The translations under genes were made by a program, and so were the position numbers. This document shows, piece after piece, positions 29,754 through 32,000 of a stretch of DNA of 32,000 nucleotides. Position 1 is the first letter of the stretch. The number at the start of each line of letters is the position of its first letter. The notes beneath the pieces are model-generated. The model worked only from the letters and a program-made list of their open reading frames with translations. It did not search any database and had not been told where the DNA came from. Origin of the DNA: Candidatus Saccharimonadota bacterium (GTDB lineage Bacteria; Patescibacteriota; Microgenomatia; UBA1406; GWC2-37-13); the NCBI GenBank assembly GCA_001790095.1, contig MGBH01000001.1, forward strand, positions 930,001-962,000. The letters run 5' to 3'.

Positions 29754-29792
29754 GAATAACGTTTTATAATTGGTAACTTCCTTTTACTCTCG

Positions 29793-29840
29793 CCCCCCTA
29801 TACTCAGTACTAGTATAGAGTATACAATATTAAATTTCAA
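29793..29840 (-). promoter_or_regulatory. Promoter plus candidate CsoR-family operator for the csoR-like/trxB operon
   Basis: On the minus strand, TTGAAA (plus 29835-29840) is followed by a 17-nt spacer and TATACT (plus 29812-29817). The inverted repeat CTATACT(29798-29804)-N7-AGTATAG(29812-29818) overlaps the -10 element. It abuts a C6/G6 tract (29793-29798), the G/C tract flanked by AT-rich arms typical of CsoR/RcnR operators. Confidence 0.5.
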
Positions 29841-29900
29841 GTATCAATTCTCAATTTTCAAACAATTGCCAATTTGGCAAATGAGAATCGAAAATTATCC
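29841..29900. repeat. Intergenic low-complexity segment related to the heptamer module, with a 15-nt palindrome
   Basis: attctcaatt (29847-29856) is identical to 17821-17830 next to the giant-gene copy. aattttc and gaaaatt motifs are present. The perfect palindrome TTGCCAAtTTGGCAA lies at 29866-29880. Confidence 0.6.
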
Positions 29901-29902
29901 AC

Positions 29903-30496
29903 TTACCTTTTTATAAGAAGCTTAATAATAAGCAGGGAGGTATCTATGAATATTTTTATATCCTTCCCGAACGAAGGATTCTTCGCGTACTCGACATCCA
30001 TTTTCATCCATTTATCAAATGGAATATCGTGAGCCCCCTTCACGATCCATTCGCTTGTCATACCGGGAAGCACAGAAAAACGTGCCTGGTATTGCTTTGG
30101 GATCAGAAGCGCCTCCTCCATGGGGAGCGGACGCGGACCAATCAAACTCATCTCACCCCGCATAACATTGATAAGCTGTAAGATCTCATCAAGGGCATAA
30201 TGAGAGAGTTTTTTTCCTACTTTTGTGTATCTTGGGTCATGACGAATCTTAAATACCGGCCCATCAACTTCGTTGAGATGAAGAAGCTTTTTTTGTTGCT
30301 TTTCTGCTCCAACTACCATAGTCCGGATTTTATAGAGAGTAAAGGGTTTTTTACCCTTTCCCATCCGCTTTTGTGTAAATATAAACGGGCCCTTAGAATC
30401 AAGTTTGACTATAATATACAATACACAAAGGACTGGGATCAGGAAAATTAATCCGCAAAAAGCTATGATGCGATAGAGAAAATAACGAAGCGCCAT
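29903..30496 (-). CDS. Small monotopic phosphoglycosyl (sugar-1-phosphate) transferase, bacterial sugar transferase family (PglC/WbaP C-terminal type)
   Basis: It has an N-terminal re-entrant helix (IIAFCGLIFLIPVLCVLYIIV). Motifs present are GPFIFTQKRMGKGKKPFTLYKIRTM, DPRYTKVGKKLSHYALDEILQLINVMRGEMSLIGPRPLP. Confidence 0.88.
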   Translation of the reverse strand: MALRYFLYRIIAFCGLIFLIPVLCVLYIIVKLDSKGPFIFTQKRMGKGKKPFTLYKIRTMVVGAEKQQKKLLHLNEVDGPVFKIRHDPRYTKVGKKLSHYALDEILQLINVMRGEMSLIGPRPLPMEEALLIPKQYQARFSVLPGMTSEWIVKGAHDIPFDKWMKMDVEYAKNPSFGKDIKIFIDTSLLIIKLLIKR

Positions 30497-30499
30497 GAC

Positions 30500-31855
30500 T
30501 TATCCTTTATTCAGACTTTCCAAAAATTCTTTATTATCTTTGGTCTTGGAAAGCTTGTTGATAAGCGCGGTTAGTCTCTCCTCAGGAGTAAGAAGTGACA
30601 ACATGCGACGCAAGGTATTGATACGCACCTGTGTCTCCGCATCAAAAAGCAACTCTTCATGACGAGTACCTGATTTTTCTACATCTATGGCTGGATACAG
30701 ACGCTTGTCAGCAAAACCACGATCAAGATGAATCTCCATATTGCCGGTACCTTTAAATTCTTCATATATGAGATCATCCATCCGTGATTCTGTCTTTATA
30801 AGAGCGGTTCCAATGATGGTAAGACTTCCCCCTTCTTCACAGTTGCGTGCAGCTCCTAAGAATTTTTTAGCGGGAAAAAGCGCTGCCTGATCAAATCCAC
30901 CAGACATGCTCCGCCCGGTACCGCGTCCACCATTGCGTGTATCTACCGAAAGATTGAGCGCACGAGCTAATCGTGTAATTGAATCAAGCAGGATGACTAC
31001 GTCATCACCCATCTCAACCATGCGGCGGGCACGGTCAAGGGCAAGATGTGCCACCTTGACTTGCTGGCGAGGAGACTCATCAAAGTTTGATGCTGCTACC
31101 TCTCCTTTGATAAATCTCTTTATCTCTGTTACTTCCTCTGGCCTCTCACCGATGAGGATGGCCATAAGGCGAGCTTTTGGATAATTTTGTGCAATAGCCT
31201 CGGCCATTTCCTTCAAAAAGGTCGTTTTTCCGGCTTTTGGCTGAGAGACAATAAGAGCTCTCTGTCCAAATCCAACAGGAGAAATAAGATCAATTATGCG
31301 CATAGCCAACACTTCCTTTTTTGTTTCAAGTTTTATCTGTTTATTGGGATGCAAAGAAGTAAGGCTGTCAAAATTTTTTCTTTGTCTGCTTTGTTCTTCA
31401 GTAAGTTCAACTCCGTTTATCTTTTTGATAAGAAGAAGCGAATGAAACCGTTCGCCTTCTTTTGAAGGCCGCGCTAATCCTTCAACCAAATCTCCTTTTC
31501 GCAACCAAAATCTGCGGATCTGAGAGGTTGAGACATAGATATCGGCGTCTGGATTGATAGCATAATCTTTTCTTAAAAAACCATATCCGCCAAATGTGAT
31601 ATCCAGTATTCCTTTTGCTTCATAACTCATCTTCAAATCCTCTTTTAGTCGCTCTTCAAGTGGCGTGTCTTTTTGAGGTTCTTTTGACGCTACAGGAGTT
31701 ACCTCTTTTTTAACATGAGGCTTTTTGACTGTTAAGGGCATTTCCTCAGGAATAATAATAGGCTTTTCCTCATAGGCTTCAAGCATCGAGGAGACATCAA
31801 GAGAAGATGTAGGAGCGGTTTTTTTCTCCGCCGCTGTTTTTCTTTTTGTGAACAT
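30500..31855 (-). CDS. rho: Transcription termination factor Rho
   Basis: It has an RNA-binding OB region (GYGFLR...[14 protein letters not shown]) and Walker [23 protein letters not shown]. Further motifs are [16 protein letters not shown], and C-terminal [14 protein letters not shown]...RLYPAIDV. Confidence 0.93.
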   Translation of the reverse strand: MFTKRKTAAEKKTAPTSSLDVSSMLEAYEEKPIIIPEEMPLTVKKPHVKKEVTPVASKEPQKDTPLEERLKEDLKMSYEAKGILDITFGGYGFLRKDYAINPDADIYVSTSQIRRFWLRKGDLVEGLARPSKEGERFHSLLLIKKINGVELTEEQSRQRKNFDSLTSLHPNKQIKLETKKEVLAMRIIDLISPVGFGQRALIVSQPKAGKTTFLKEMAEAIAQNYPKARLMAILIGERPEEVTEIKRFIKGEVAASNFDESPRQQVKVAHLALDRARRMVEMGDDVVILLDSITRLARALNLSVDTRNGGRGTGRSMSGGFDQAALFPAKKFLGAARNCEEGGSLTIIGTALIKTESRMDDLIYEEFKGTGNMEIHLDRGFADKRLYPAIDVEKSGTRHEELLFDAETQVRINTLRRMLSLLTPEERLTALINKLSKTKDNKEFLESLNKG

Positions 31856-32000
31856 AAATAAATGAATAAATAATAAAGAGATTTATCATCAAACCTCAAA
31901 TCTATCCCTCATATATACATGAGATGATGATAGCTTTGAATCTTGAAGGAATCATTTTATGTCCAAATAGTATCGAAAAACCATGATAAAAACAAAAGAA

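Noticed and set aside
1-32000. An alternative genetic code (TGA recoded), as in some candidate phyla.
   Set aside because: Long conserved ORFs are intact under the standard code. TGA serves as the natural stop at the expected C-termini of trxB (28417-28419, minus strand) and the pilin-like gene (23436-23438).
31983-32000. A possible plus-strand gene start (ATGATAAAAACAAAAGAA) at the window edge.
   Set aside because: Only six codons are visible, so it cannot be supported.

Overview
This is an AT-rich bacterial window that uses standard stop codons, and most gene starts lack a Shine-Dalgarno motif. The gene style (a giant membrane-anchored surface protein, a type IV pilin-like gene, a sparse housekeeping set) suggests a Candidate Phyla Radiation/Patescibacteria-like genome, but that is inference only.

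Layout:
- 1-3663: four secreted or membrane-anchored surface proteins. One has the layout of the DUF916/DUF3324 (CscA-like) family.
- 3664-4216: a 553-bp very AT-rich spacer.
- 4217-21832: a stand-alone integrase-type SAM-like (core-binding) domain protein, then a 55-codon ORF in the same frame. Next comes a 4437-aa N-terminally anchored protein carrying about 25 tail-fibre-type GNVGIGTTxPxxKLxV motifs and lectin-like modules. A 1127-aa paralogue follows, with a CBM-like module and a Peptidase_S74-type self-cleaving chaperone domain.
- 21897-25536: a membrane protein, a Cys-rich type IV pilin-like protein, and a Wzy_C/O-antigen-ligase-like TPR membrane protein.
- 25550-25884: a frameshifted four-helix-bundle (23S rRNA IVS-type) gene.
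- 25908-31855, minus strand: LysM/M23 peptidase, glutamate dehydrogenase, thioredoxin reductase, a CsoR-family repressor, a PglC-type sugar transferase and Rho.

Main hunt results:
- A dispersed, partly palindromic module built from heptanucleotide repeats sits in-frame inside trxB, gdh and the giant gene, always in the same reading frame. Related copies lie in two intergenic sites. This resembles Rickettsia palindromic elements in behaviour.
- The giant gene contains perfect in-frame direct repeats of 326, 138 and 98 bp, including one mosaic copy. This points to ongoing gene conversion and length variation.
- The fibre, chaperone, pilin and glycosylation genes together form a candidate cell-attachment locus.
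- A twin-hairpin GGAATGA element lies between the two fibre genes.
- A His-less (x-C-x-C) CsoR-family repressor with an operator overlapping its own -10 heads the trxB operon.

All family assignments come from motif recognition by eye. No searches were run.
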